Shown: one piece after another, positions 45,120 to 58,660 of the stretch
How the letters are laid out: each line of letters starts with the position of its first letter
How positions within the stretch are numbered: position 1 is the first letter of the stretch
Assembly: GCA_012295275.1 (NCBI GenBank)
Contig: CM022669.1
Location: 16,988,001-17,052,000 of the forward strand
Reading direction: 5' to 3'
DNA from: Chrysomallon squamiferum
Taxonomy: Eukaryota; Animalia; Mollusca
Length of the DNA stretch: 64,000 nt
Translations under genes and position numbers: made by a program
Notes under the pieces: generated by a model
What the model was told of the DNA's origin: nothing
Database searches by the model: none
The model's input: only the letters and a program-made list of their open reading frames with translations

Positions 45120-45964
45120 CTGCAAAAAATAAAATAAAATAATAAATAAATAAATAAATAAATAACTAAATAAATAAATAAATAATTAACTGAGGTTGTA
45201 TTATTCTGTTGAATCTGTAATGTTACATTAGCTAGTAATGGTGTTGTTTGGTTATGATGGGATAAAGACCAATCAATTCCAATTTTGAAAAAAGAAGAAA
45301 AAAAAGACTGTGTATCTTGTTGTGGGCCAAAATAATTATTTAAAAAAATTTAAATTAATTTATGTTTTTGTTTTTTTCTTTTTTTTTTTTTTTTTTTTTT
45401 CTTTCTTTTGTTGGATGCTTTTTTTTTTTTCTTGTTATTTTGTGTTTGGTTTTTCCTCAGATATAAAACTCCTCTTTACAAATACACTACTGTTGTCAAA
45501 ACCTTTACAATCTCTTTCCTTTCACTCTGTTTTGTCATGTTTCCTGTTTTAAACTGCAGTAACATCTTAGACAGTGCTAATCTCTAAAGCTGTCAATATT
45601 TACATCAGTGTTTTTTTCATGAATCTTGAATGCATGTTTACATTTCTTTGCATTTACAGCTACTACTCTTACTAAAACATCTTGTTATTGCTATAACTAC
45701 TACTACAACTGCTCTATTACCAGTGCTACTGCTCCTACTACAACAACTACTACTACTACTAATACTGTTACTAAAACTTCTATTATTATTACTGTTACAA
45801 CTACTACTACTACAACTACTATTACAGCAATTACTAATTTAATCTACTACTACTACTACTACTACAACTACTATCACTTACTATTACTTCTGCAGCTACT
45901 ACAAAAATTACAACCAATACAACTTGTACTATTCTACCACTACTACTGCAACCTGAACTACTAA

Positions 45965-47800
45965 TAATAACAGAACAACTATAATAACAATACTAAAGTA
46001 GGTAACACCCTATATACTGATTTCTACTTGTACTAATAATAACAACACTAAAGAATGTAACACCCTACACACTGATTTGTACTTGTACTAATAATAATAA
46101 CACAACTATAATAACAACACTAAAGAATGTAACACCCTACATACTGATTTCTACTTGTACTACTAATAATAATAACACAACTATAATAACAACACTAAAG
46201 AATGTAACACCCTACACACTGATTTCTACTTGTACTAATAATAATAACACAACTATAATAACAACACTAAAGAATGTAACACCCTACACACTGATTTCTA
46301 CTTGTACTAATAATAATAACACAACTATAATAACAACACTAAAGAATGTAACACCCTACATACTGATTTGTACTTGTACTAATAATAATAACACAACTAT
46401 AATAACAACACTAAAGAATGTAACACCCTATATACTGATTTCTACTTGTACTAATAATAATAACAACACTAAAGAATGTAACACCCTACACACTGATTTC
46501 TACTTGTACTAATAATAATAACACAACTATAATAACAACACTAAAGAATGTAATACCCTACACACTGATTTCTACTTGTACTACTAATAATAACACAACT
46601 ATAATAACAACACTAAAGAATGTAACACCCTACATACTGATTTCTACTTGTACTAATAATAATAACAATACTAAAGTAGGTAACACCCTACATACTGATT
46701 TCTACTTGTACTAATAATAATAACACAACTATAATAACAACACTAAAGAATGTAACACCCTACACACTGATTTCTACTTGTACTAATAATAATAACACAA
46801 CTATAATAACAACACTAAAGAATGTAACACCCTACAGACTGATTTCTACTTGTACTAATAATAATAACACAACTATAATAACAACACTAAAGAATGTAAC
46901 ACCCTACACACTGATTTCTACTTGTACTAATAATAATAACACAACTATAATAACAACACTAAAGAATGTAACACCCTACACACTGATTTCTACTTGTACT
47001 AATAATAATAACACAACTATAATAACAACACTAAAGAATGTAACACCCTACATACTGATTTGTACTTGTACTAATAATAATAACACAACTATAATAACAA
47101 CACTAAAGAATGTAACACCCTATATACTGATTTCTACTTGTACTAATAATAATAACAACACTAAAGAATGTAACACCCTACACACTGATTTCTACTTGTA
47201 CTAATAATAATAACACAACTATAATAACAACACTAAAGAATGTAACACCCTACACACTGATTTCTACTTGTACTACTAATAATAACACAACTATAATAAC
47301 AACACTAAAGAATGTAACACCCTACATACTGATTTCTACTTGTACTAATAATAATAACAACACTAAAGAATGTAACACCCTACACACTGATTTCTACTTG
47401 TACTAATAATAATAACACAACTATAATAACAACACTAAAGAATGTAATACCCTACACACTGATTTCTACTTGTACTACTAATAATAACACAACTATAATA
47501 ACAACACTAAAGAAGGTAACACCCTACATACTGATTTCTACTTGTACTAATAATAATAACAATACTAAAGTAGGTAACACCCTACACACTGATTTCTACT
47601 TGTACTAATAATAATAACACAACTATAATAACAACACTAAAGAATGTAACACCCTACACACTGATTTCTACTTGTACTAATAATAATAACAACACTAAAG
47701 AAGGTAACACCCTACATACTGATTTCTACTTGTACTAATAATAATAACACAACTATAATAACAATACTAAAGAATGTAACACCCTACACACTGATTTCTA
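45965..47800. repeat. Large minisatellite, about 27 units of 72 bp and 58 bp, with higher-order duplications
   Basis: Unit aatgtaacaccctacacactgatttctacttgtactaataataataac[acaactataataac]aacactaaag; the bracketed 14 bp is absent in short units. Confidence 0.97.
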
Positions 47801-48064
47801 CACAACTGATCTAAACTACACATTAACCAGCAGCTGATTATTATTATAATTTCTTGTTTTTTCTTTATCTCTCAGGACTGTTCTGTGAAGAGATGAGCTC
47901 TGCAGTGACTAACATATGAAATATTTTAAGCTGTCTGTGTGTCAGATAATACACATTACCTGGCAGGTAGAAAAACTTGTCACGTCCTGAACTGGGGAAT
48001 AAAAACCTGTCACTTTACTCCTCTTGTTTACCTAGACATGCATTCCTTCTCAATATCAACATCT

Positions 48065-48940
48065 CCTTTGTTCATTAAAGGTATATTTTTCAATAATACC
48101 AACATCTACCTTTGTTCGTTAAAGGTACATTTCATCTGATTAAAGGTGTTTTTCATCTCGCTGAAGGGGTATTTTCTTTTACATTCAGTACAGGTGTATT
48201 TCATCTTATTAAAGGTGTATTATATATTAAATATTTCGTGTCATATTTTATATTTTTTCCTGTATGTATCAAACATGTATTTCATCTCTTTAAAGAATGT
48301 TTTTTTCAGTATTTAGAACAGGTCTATTTATTCTTGTTAAAGATACTTTTTTTTATCACATTCGTTAAAGGTGCATATTATTTCCTGTATATATATATAT
48401 CATACATGTATTTCATCTCTTTAAAGGATGTTTCCTTCAGTATTTAGTACAGGTACATTTATTCTTGTTAAAGATACTTTTTTTTATCACATTCGTTAAA
48501 TATGTATTTCCTTCTATATTCTGTACAGGTGTATTACATTTTGTTAAAGATATATTACTTATCATATTCATTAAAGGTCTATTGTGTGATTTTTTTTCAT
48601 TAAGAGAATATTTTGAATTTTTTCCTGAACATAACAACAGTATATAACATCTAATTAAAGCTATATTATCTTCTATATTCAGGATAGATATTTCTTCTGG
48701 TTAAAATTATATTACTTTCCTTATTCATTAAAGATGTATTATTCATTATTCCCTTTGTTCATTAAACTTGTTTTTTCATTCATTTAAAGGAATATTTTTT
48801 ATTTTCTCTTAGATGTAGTTCAAGTGTATTTCATCATATTAAAGGTATGCTATATATTATCACCTGTATTCATTAAAGGTGTATTATATAATCTCCTGTA
48901 TTGTATTAATAAAAGAAGAATTCTCATCTCATTAAAAGAG
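48065..48940. repeat. Degenerate repeat region (ttcattaaaggtgtatt motif) with an internal duplication of about 95 bp
   Basis: Recurring ttaaaggt(g/a)tatt; 48273-48369 is similar to 48404-48500. Confidence 0.7.
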
Positions 48941-50237
48941 TTTAGCTTATCATAAAGGTAAAATATACTTTTTTCTGTTAGCATCAAGTGTCGTTTTATA
49001 TGTGCCATCCCATAAACAGTTACTGATCCTGTATTATATTTGTTAACAGTATCTTAAGCCTTCATGCTAATCATCAAGTTATAACCTTCACCTTTTAGGT
49101 TAAAATTATTTTACTATTATTTAAAAAAACAGAATAATAATAATAATAATAATAATAATATATATATATATATATTTATTTATTTTATCTTTAGCTTGTA
49201 CAAAGACACAATTTCACCAAAAACTGTTTTTATGAGAAAGTATAAGACAAAATGTTTACAGTTCAAGCTCAAAATAAACTATTTCCTTAGATATGAATAC
49301 AGACACAATTTGATAATTTTATTTTAACAAAACAATAATGTATTTAAAAAAAAAAAAAAAATTTTTTCATAATTACAAAATGTAATCCTAATCTGTGCAA
49401 ATCAACAATTACATTAAGAAAAATCTTATATCATAATTGTTTTAACATACTACAGTAACTAAACTAAACTTTTCAAAATTTCAGGTAAATCTTTTGGTCT
49501 TCATTTTCTACATAAATACAGTTTCATTAACAACAAACAAAATTTGATGACACTGTTCTAAACAAAACAATAAAAAAAAAAAAAACAAGCCATTTGCAAA
49601 GTTTAAGAAATATATCTTTTTGGTCCTTATCTTGTACATAGATACAATTTCTTTAATAACCAAACATAAATCTGACAGATATACTGTGTTTTAAACAAAA
49701 CAATATAAACAGTTTATAGTGATCAAAGTTCATCAGTGTGTTGACATACCAACATCTAGCTAGTAATTCAACCTTATCACAGTTATTTAATCTGTCTGTT
49801 CACCTGTCAGTCCTTTCTCCAGCAGATCCAACATGGATGGGGTACAAGATAACACTGATATTGTTATATGTGGTCACTTCACCCACATACCACAAATGTT
49901 TTTATCGCCAGTTTTATTTTCTGTGAGCATTTTGATCCCTGGTGTTTGTAAACAATTCTCATGTTGTTGGTAAACATGGTTGTTTCATAGTCTAGTGTCA
50001 GTATCAGAGAGATGACACACTGTGTATGTTAGGGTGTTTGAAATGTACCTTGGAAGCTGATGTAAATTTGTTTTTTGTGAGTTCATTTCAGAACTTAATA
50101 TATATATATATATATATATTAACTCATATTTCATATATATATATATATATTACTTTGTTTAATAAATTCAAACAGTGCCAGCCTTCCTGCTGAATATCTG
50201 TTTACTGTAAGTTTATGAGAAGGTTTTTAAAAAAAAT

Positions 50238-50385
50238 GACTTGCTGCTAATTGAAGAAGAATAGTTAATAACACAACTGTTATGGGTTTTATCTGTCATT
50301 TTCTGCATGGTCCCCTAATCATTTGTGTGACAACATGTAAACTATAAGTTAAACTTTATAATGAGGGTTAATGCTTTGGAAACAT
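50238..50385 (+). mobile_element. Decayed SINE 3' half
   Basis: cttgctgctaattgaagaagaatag...gggtttt...tggtcccctaatcatttgtgtgacaac continues from the core seen at 51120. Confidence 0.5.
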
Positions 50386-50951
50386 TATCAAGAATGTTTG
50401 TTTTGTTTTCTATACAAAATGAAGTAAACAAAACACCAGATATTTAATTTAAATAATCATTGAGAAGTGATATGTTTTCAAAATAGTGAAAAGTAAAGTT
50501 ATATGTTCTTAATTAGTGACAGAGATGATACATTTGAATAGTGACATTTTTAAAATAGTGACGTGTTCAGATGTCTTACATAGTGACAGAAATGTTACAT
50601 TTCTAAACAGTGACAGAGACGCAACATATATTTAAACAGTAATAAGAGAAGTGACAACATATATTTAAACAGTGACATAACTGGGACATTTTTAAAAAGT
50701 GACAAGTAAAATTAATTGTGAAAAAGAAGTGACAATAAACAAAATTAGTTAACAGCACACAGGAAATCCTCCCAGTGAAAAGAAACCTGTCTCCAGGTTA
50801 CAAACATCCTGTGATAATAATAATAAAAAAAAACTGTTTACCTTTTTTTCCCTGACAGTAAAAACACCTGTCTACCTGAATGTATTTAACTTTTTTATGT
50901 CACCTATTGAAATCATACAGTTGTTATGACAGGTAAGTTCTTATTTTGACA

Positions 50952-51150
50952 GGGACAGGTGTAGTTAGATACAGTGCTGAGAAGTGATAGGTCAGTGGAT
51001 CAGTCCTTTGTTGGTACAAACATATGATGTTTTGCCCATTCCAGCCAGTACTCTGTTAATGATTAATCAAAGGTTGTGGTATGTGTTTACCTGTCAATGA
51101 GTGGGTGCATATAAAATAATTTCTGCTGCTAATTGAAAAAGATTAATCAG
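50952..51150 (+). mobile_element. Decayed tRNA-derived SINE with Meta-like core
   Basis: ttccagccagtactc...atcaaaggttgtggtatgtgtttacctgtc...ggtgcatataaaata...tgctgctaattgaaaa matches a remembered mollusc SINE core; also supported by similarity to other copies in this window. Confidence 0.7.
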
Positions 51151-51324
51151 GTTTGTTGTTATTGTTTTTTTTTTTTTTTTTCTGTTTTGTACTTTTTCTT
51201 CTGTAAACACTTATTTTACCTTTTAACATGCTGCATATTGTCATGTAACTGTAGATCAAAAAAATACTGTTAACTGAGCTGTACATTTTTTTCTTGATTT
51301 TCATTTATCTCATTTTTGTATAAT

Positions 51325-51505
51325 GATGATATGAGAAATTAAAACTACCCCATTACTCCCATGTGTTACTCACTGAGTAGCATTAAGAGAATTTTTTAAT
51401 GATTTTTTTTAAAGACAGGAAGAAACATGGCTTTGATAAATCCACCATGGAGCCTAGCTGGAACAGGCAAAAGCCAGACAAGCAAAATAAAACTGAGTTA
51501 TGTAA
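51325..51505 (-). mobile_element. Decayed SINE
   Basis: catgtgttactc...tagca...agacagga...catggctttgata...catggagcctagctggaac. Confidence 0.5.
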
Positions 51506-52644
51506 CAAATCACATGTGATGCTTTTAATCTTTGAAAATAAATTAAAAAATTTCTGATGTCATAAAACTTTTTAATGTTTTTAAAAAATATCCTTTAAAA
51601 CTTTTCTAAAAAAAACCCACCCCAAAACCCAGAATTCTTTGAAAACCTTGAAGAGGATGAAATAATCTACCTGAACAATTGCTATCAACATGTAGAGTTG
51701 TATCATATGAAAAAAGATATAAAAATTCTTTACCTGTCTTTAACATTATGACCAGCTATTGAATGAAACGTCTAATATCTCAAACTTTGATGAGGGTTTT
51801 TTTCTGTCTCACAGAACTGCAGTTTAAACGCAGACTAGATTATGTGTATGTGTTAAATTTAACACCTCAAAGTGTACCTCATGGAATGTTGTGTGTATGG
51901 GATTGATTTTTTTTTTTTGGATGCCATGACAAAATGTGTCCATCATCACATTGTTCGAGTTGTAAGTTCAATCATCACAGAGGTTATTTCACAATACTGG
52001 TACAGCTTTAGTGTGATACAGAGTGTGTGTGTTTAATATCTGATGAATATATTTTTTTAAATAATATTAAAATAAAAACTGAAATCAAATGAAATTAAAA
52101 GCCAAAATAAAACTGAATAGATGTGGCTATGGAAGTGATATTTTAATCACTGCATTATTATTATCATCATCATCATCATTGTTGTTATTGTTATTATTGT
52201 TGTTATTATTATTATTATTATTTATTTATTATTATTATTGCTGTCAGTTAATTACTTTATGTTTTGTTACTGTTCCTATTATTATTGTTACTGTTACTGT
52301 TGTTATTCCTATTATTATTATTATTTTATATTATTGTTGTTATTATTATTATTGTTGTTATCACCATTATTATTATTGCTCATGTTATTGTTATTATCAT
52401 CATCACCATAATTATTAGTATTATTGTTGTTTTTGTTGTTGCTTTTATTATTATTATTGATGTTTTTACTGATGTTATTATTTTTAATTACATCTTTTTT
52501 TATTTATTTATTTATTATTATGTTTTTTTTTTTTAGAAATAATAATATTTAAACATTAAAGAAATTAATTTTTTTTTTTTAATCTGCATTATTTTATGAT
52601 ATTCCTATTAGATGTCAGATATATGATATTGTAAGATTCAATAT

Positions 52645-52745
52645 TCAGAGAAAAAACTGCATTAGCAACAAGTAATCTTTTTGATGCACCCACTCATTGA
52701 CAGTATTTACAAAACAAAGCTCTTTGATGAACAGTCTTGATTATG
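52645..52745 (-). mobile_element. Decayed SINE core
   Basis: attagcaacaagtaatctttttgatgcaccc...gacag...ctttgat. Confidence 0.55.
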
Positions 52746-53149
52746 ATAATATATACATATATACATATATATATATATATTCAAGTGGAAACTGCTAGCA
52801 CCAGCTTGTAAAAGGATAAAAAGATGGAATGACAGAAAATAGGTAAAAGTCTAAACAGAATTAAAAAATAATTAACTAGTTTTATTTTCTGGACTGATCT
52901 CAGCCATGTCTGAATCCTTTAGAATTAATGTATGAATAATACATGGACAGATGAATAGATGGATGGATGGATGGATGGATGAATGAATAAAAATTAAATA
53001 TTTTAATAAATGACAGCAATGAATAAATGGATGGATGGATGGATGAATGAATGGATGAATGGATGAATGGATGAATGAATGAAAATTAAACATTTTAAAA
53101 CCTGGCAAGACATATTAATACTAAAAGTGATTGTTATGTCTTTGCAATG

Positions 53150-53292
53150 ACAGTTCTAGAAAGGAAACCAGCTGTAACAGCACTAAAAACTGTTCTTTTC
53201 AGATAACAGCAAGGGATCTTTTACTTGCATTTCTTTTCCACAGACAAGGAAGCACATACCACAGACTTTATTATCTAAGAATCATTCACTGT
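53150..53292 (-). mobile_element. Decayed SINE core (best-preserved minus-strand copy)
   Basis: aggaaaccagctgt...cagcaagggatcttttacttgca...ccacagacaaggaagcacataccacagacttt is reverse-complement-similar to 51065-51135. Confidence 0.7.
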
Positions 53293-53335
53293 CTTTTTAA
53301 CCTTTCTCAATCAGACATTACCACTGGTGACAATT

Positions 53336-53384
<49 letters not shown>

Positions 53385-54149
53385 AAATCTATTGTAATAA
53401 TTTGCATCAAATTATCCACAGTAACAATGAATGACACTTTGAATGTAATAATCATATCAGACTTGTTACATTCATGACTTGCACATTCTGTAAGCTTGCC
53501 TCCGATTGGTCAGTCTTTGACCCGTCCATATAGAACTGGCTGTAAGGTAACCTTCGCAAATTAGGCTCAACTAATCCATACATGGTATGTGTTTAAAAAC
53601 AACACGATTAATGTCAGCCGAATTGATGAAACCTGAACCCCAAAACATGACAAGTGTGCCTGTATTTATAGACTTTTATTTACCTTGTGTGTTAAGGAGA
53701 CAATGAAAATAAAAATAAAAATAAAAATAATAACAAAATTCATTACCAGTAAAATTACTACCTGGTTCACGCATTAAATTAAATATGAAGGGTATAAAAA
53801 TGGCTCTTTTTTTTTTTTAGAAAATGACAAATGAAAATTATGTTGTTTAAGAGTTTTTTCTGTCACAAATGCTGTACTCTTGTTTCATTTATACAAAAAA
53901 AAAATTAAAAACAAAAAAAATGATCTTTAGTTATAATGTTTTTCTTTTCTTTCTTTCATTCTTTCATGACTTTATTTTATTTTTGTTTTATTTTTGTTTA
54001 ATTTTGTTTCTTTATTACTATTATTCACCCTTTTTCTTTTTTCTTACATTCTTTCCTTTTTAACTAATTTTTTTTTGTCGATTCTTTGTTTGCTTGTGTC
54101 TTATTTTTTCATTCTTTCTTTCATTCTTAATGTTTGTATTTCTTGTACG

Positions 54150-54350
54150 AGTTATTAGCTCAGTGGTCAGAGTGTTTGACTGAGATATGACTGGTGACAG
54201 GATCAACTCTTATTAGTTCTCCATCTGAAATATCTCCAGTTCCAACCGTAGCTCTAATTCTGATTTATCAAAGGCCAAGTAATATTCGTTACACACAAGT
54301 AAGAATAAACCATGAAATAATGTTAATGCTTTTGTTGTGTCATATAATGA
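54150..54350 (+). mobile_element. tRNA-derived SINE head with Pol III A and B boxes plus partial core
   Basis: A box TAGCTCAGTGG at 54156-54166, degenerate B box GGATCAACTC at 54200-54209, then gttccaacc...tatcaaaggcc; no intact cloverleaf. Confidence 0.65.
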
Positions 54351-54649
54351 GTTTAAAATAAAAAAAAAAATTATTGATACCAAATAACTGATAAGTCCTC
54401 AATACCTTTTAAAATGTTGCCAGTTGTATCAAGAATTTGAAAAAGATATACAGACAAAAGCTGATGTCATAGTATTATAAGAAATAAAATGTTTAGTAAA
54501 CAATAAATTTTACTGCATGAATGAATGTATGATAACAAAACATATTAATATCAATGGTTCTTACATAAAAAGTAATAAATAAATAAACAAACAAACAAAC
54601 AAACAAACAAACAAATAAATAAATAAATAAATAAATAAAAAATATGTTA

Positions 54650-54855
54650 CAAAAGAGAAAACCCACTTAACATCCTTCTACGGACAGACTAGTCTGTCAG
54701 TCAGCAGTAAGTGATAATTCATGTTTGCCTTCCCATGGTTGGAAGCTAAAAATCACAGTTTTTGAAAAACCAGTCATGGATCACTAACTAGAACAGTAAA
54801 TAAAACAGACCACCAGTCAGGTCACAAGCTATGATATAATATTACTGAGATGCAG
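54650..54855 (-). mobile_element. Decayed SINE
   Basis: gagaaaacccact...cagcagtaag...ccttccca...accagtcatggatcactaactagaac...ttactgagatg. Confidence 0.5.
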
Positions 54856-55829
54856 CCAATTCTGCACATTTTACTGTTCAAATAAAACTCTAATGATTAA
54901 CTTATTGACCTAATAAATGAATGAACTGATAACATTTTAATGATGGATAAATTAATAGATCAGTGTATAAATAAATGAATGAATGAATGAATGAGTAATA
55001 AATAAATGAATGAATGAATGAATAATAAATAAATGAATGAATGAATGAATAATAAATAAATAAATAAATGAATGAATAAATAATAAATAAATCAATGAAT
55101 GAATGAATGAGCTGATAAATGAATAAACAAATGACGAATAAGATAATAAGTAAATGAAAGAATGAACAAACAAACATACGACTAAATGATTAAATGAAAC
55201 AATGAAACAATAAAAATATTTTAAAACATCTTTACAAACGATCTTAACATCATCTAAATTTGCAAACAAAACTGACAATAGTGGTACTCAACACATATAC
55301 ACACTAAAAAAAAACCTTCTACTTACCTACACTACCAATAAGTCTGTGATACAACAAACTGTACCACGAAAAACTTGCACTCACTTATTACTAATGCAGT
55401 CTTACTAATACTCTTATGACCGACAGGTCAAAGAACGTTTGTGAAACAACTGTCCTTAATTCAGTATTACTAGCACAAAAAGTCCGAAAAGTCTGGTCCT
55501 AGTTAAAAAAAAAAAAAAAGAAATAAAAAAAAGAACCTGTGATGGTTCTGTGTTATGTGGATACCTCTGGGCTCTGTTCACACACTTCAGTACATGGTGG
55601 TTCTGTCATGATGGACTATAAAACATGAAATATAAGTTTCTCCAAAAATAAGACCCCTGGTTTCATGATTTTTGTAGATACATATCTAATGTGATACTAA
55701 ATGATACTGGTATCTTTTCTTTTCTTTTCTGTTTTGTTTGTTTTTCTTCTTGAGATTCTGTCATTCTGTAAGCTGTTTACTGTTTGATTATTTGTGGTGT
55801 TATTTTCCTGTTTTGTTTGTATTTTTATA

Positions 55830-55902
55830 GAATGTGTGTGTGTTTCTGTGTGTCTATGTGTGTGTGGATGTGTTTGTGTGCATGTTGTTTGCATGTGTCT
55901 GT

Positions 55903-55969
<67 letters not shown>

Positions 55970-56114
55970 GATGGCAGAAAACCCTAATGATTATGTGGGT
56001 TCAAATTTTACTAGAAGCATATGATATAAAATTACTGTATATTCAAAGACAGGCAGTACAGATCAAGCTGCAAATATATGTGATGTAGACATTACACACT
56101 CACACACATACACA

Positions 56115-56182
<68 letters not shown>
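55830..56182. repeat. (TG)n and (CA)n tracts in inverted orientation
   Basis: TG run at about 55908-55965 and CA run at about 56101-56176. Confidence 0.9.
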
Positions 56183-56184
<2 letters not shown>

Positions 56185-56441
56185 ATACAAATATAATGTT
56201 ACAACTATTACTTACATACAGTCACATGTCTGTTTGTTCATCCGCACACTTATTCAGAAAACATTTCATTCATATCTACATCTGAGATCGGATGATACCA
56301 ACACAAGCTACCTGTCTTTAGATGTAACAATACGTGTGTATGATCTTTGACATGTGTACAAAGCCAGTTATTTCACCCATGATAAAATACCTGTGATGAC
56401 TTTGCTTGACCTACTGTCAGTAGAAAAGCAAGCTATATAAA

Positions 56442-56477
<36 letters not shown>

Positions 56478-57218
56478 CACATGAAATATGGTATCCGTTT
56501 CAACTGAAGAGGTAAGTGTTAAGTTTATATTTTTGATGCAGTTTTTATTTAGTAAGAGCAAAAAAAAATATATTATACCTAACAGAAAGGGGAAAATGTT
56601 TGGTAAAGACATACAAAAAACAGATAGTCAGACATTAAAGAAAAATAAACAGTACACTGGTAGATTGACATAAAACAGACTTTATAAGACAGACAGACAG
56701 AAAGAAAGGCAGAAAACAGACATTATAGGAGAGGGAGAGAGAGAGAAAGAGAGAGAATGAGACAGATGCACAGACATAAAACAGAAAATACATACAAAAC
56801 AGAGACAGAATATTACATGTAGACAGGCAGTCAGACATTCAGATGTTCGTATTTCATCAGAAACAACAGCAAAAACATTCTACAGATATACCAACACCAA
56901 AGCAGCAAACACAAACTTGTTAATTAAGAAATTTCTCCCTGCATACCAACCTGCTTTCAAAGCATGCCTTCCATTTCTGCTGCCTGTTCTTGCTTGTTTG
57001 TTTTTTTTTACCCCTTCTCCATCTACCTTTTATTTTCCTATCAATTTAAACCTGCCCGGCAAGTTTTATCTGTCACACTGCTTCTTCTTTATACAACGAA
57101 GGACTTACTTAACCCAGTTAGACATAATATGTAACTCAGATTCATCAGAGCATGAACTACAGAGACAAGGAGAGAGAGAGAGAGAAAAGTTGCCACAGCT
57201 CACTCAAGTTATCCTGGT

Positions 57219-58660
57219 TATTTAAATGACAGGTCCACTGTGACATATATGTCGTATTACATATGCGTGTATTTAAAATTTTAAATACCTTGTTTTGCTT
57301 AAAAGTTGTCATTAATGATGAAATAAATTTCAAATTGTTGAACCTATTCAACAGGTTCACTTTGTGATATTTGTCATACTAGACAAGTGGTTTTAAATTT
57401 TAAACACTTGTTTCGACTTAAAGCTATGGTTAATGATGGCACAGATTTTAAATTGTTGAGGCTATGCCTGGTTTACCATGTCGTGTATATTGTATTATAT
57501 AAGTATTATAAATTTTGAACCTGTAATTAATAGACTTTAAATTGTTGAACATGTTCAGTATTTTAATGATAGATTCACTGTCACATATTAAATATAAATA
57601 GTTTATTCTTTTGAAAACTTTTGTCACCTATATTATTTTTTAATCTATTTAAACGACAGATCTATCTATATGACATATATTCATATTACTCAAGTATTTT
57701 AATATGAATACTTCAAACACTGGAAACAATCTCTCCAATGTACTACAAAATCTATTTAAATGACAAAATCCACTGTGACATATATGTCATATCACATGTG
57801 TTTTAAACATAAATACTTCAATCATTTGCAATCTTTAGTCACATGTATTATTTTAAAATCTATTTAAAAACATGTCCACTATCATGACTATATCATATAT
57901 ATTGTTTTATAGAAGTATTTTAAATATGAGTACTTTTTAAAAAATTTAGACTGAGATGTAATGGTGTTTAAACTGTAGACACATGCATTACTTAATCTAT
58001 TTAAATGACAGATTTATAGTGTCATATATGTAGTATTACACAAGTATTTTAATTTAAATATTTGATTCACATTAACAGATATTAAGTTGCTGAATATATT
58101 CTAGTATTTGAATCATATGTAAACTGTGACATATTATATGTCACATCATATTAGACAAGAAATTAAAAGTAAGTACATGTTTCAGCTGAAACCAAACTCC
58201 ATGATGAATTACTTAATCTTTCTTCATTTAAATGGTAAGCCCATTGTGACATATATATTGTATCACATGAGTGTTTCAAATTTGAATACTTGTTTCAGCT
58301 GAAACCCAAGGTCTATGATGAAACAAACTTTAAAATGTTATGAACTTTGTGGAAACTATTCTAGTATTTAAATGCTAGGTCCACTGTGACATATATGTTG
58401 TATTACATAAGTGTTTTAAATTTGAATACTAAACTGTAGTTACTGTTGAATCTTTGTTGTTAATTAAAACACAGGTCCACTGTATCATGCTTCTAAAATA
58501 TTTTAAATATAAAATGTTTGGTATTTAAATGCTAGGTCCACTGTGACATATATGTTGTTTTATACAGGTATTTAAAACCTGAATAGTAAATTATAGTTAG
58601 TATTGATTCCATTCTGTTAATTAAAAATGAAGTCCACTGTATCACATGTCATGCTATTTA
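57219..58660. repeat. Old degenerate satellite, about 12-14 units of about 90-150 bp
   Basis: Recurring tatttaaatg(ac/ct)aggtccactgtgacatatatgt...gt(g/a)ttttaaa..tgaatac. Confidence 0.8.

Noticed and set aside
45965-47800. CRISPR-like regular array
   Set aside because: No unique spacers, whole units repeat, no cas genes and a eukaryotic context; it is a minisatellite. The same applies to the 42-bp and 25-bp arrays.
54150-54225. tRNA gene
   Set aside because: The A box is present but the B box is degenerate, there is no convincing cloverleaf, and SINE core sequence follows.
55830-56182. (TG)n/(CA)n fold-back as a functional hairpin
   Set aside because: Expected by chance given the density of these microsatellites; no unique-sequence arms.
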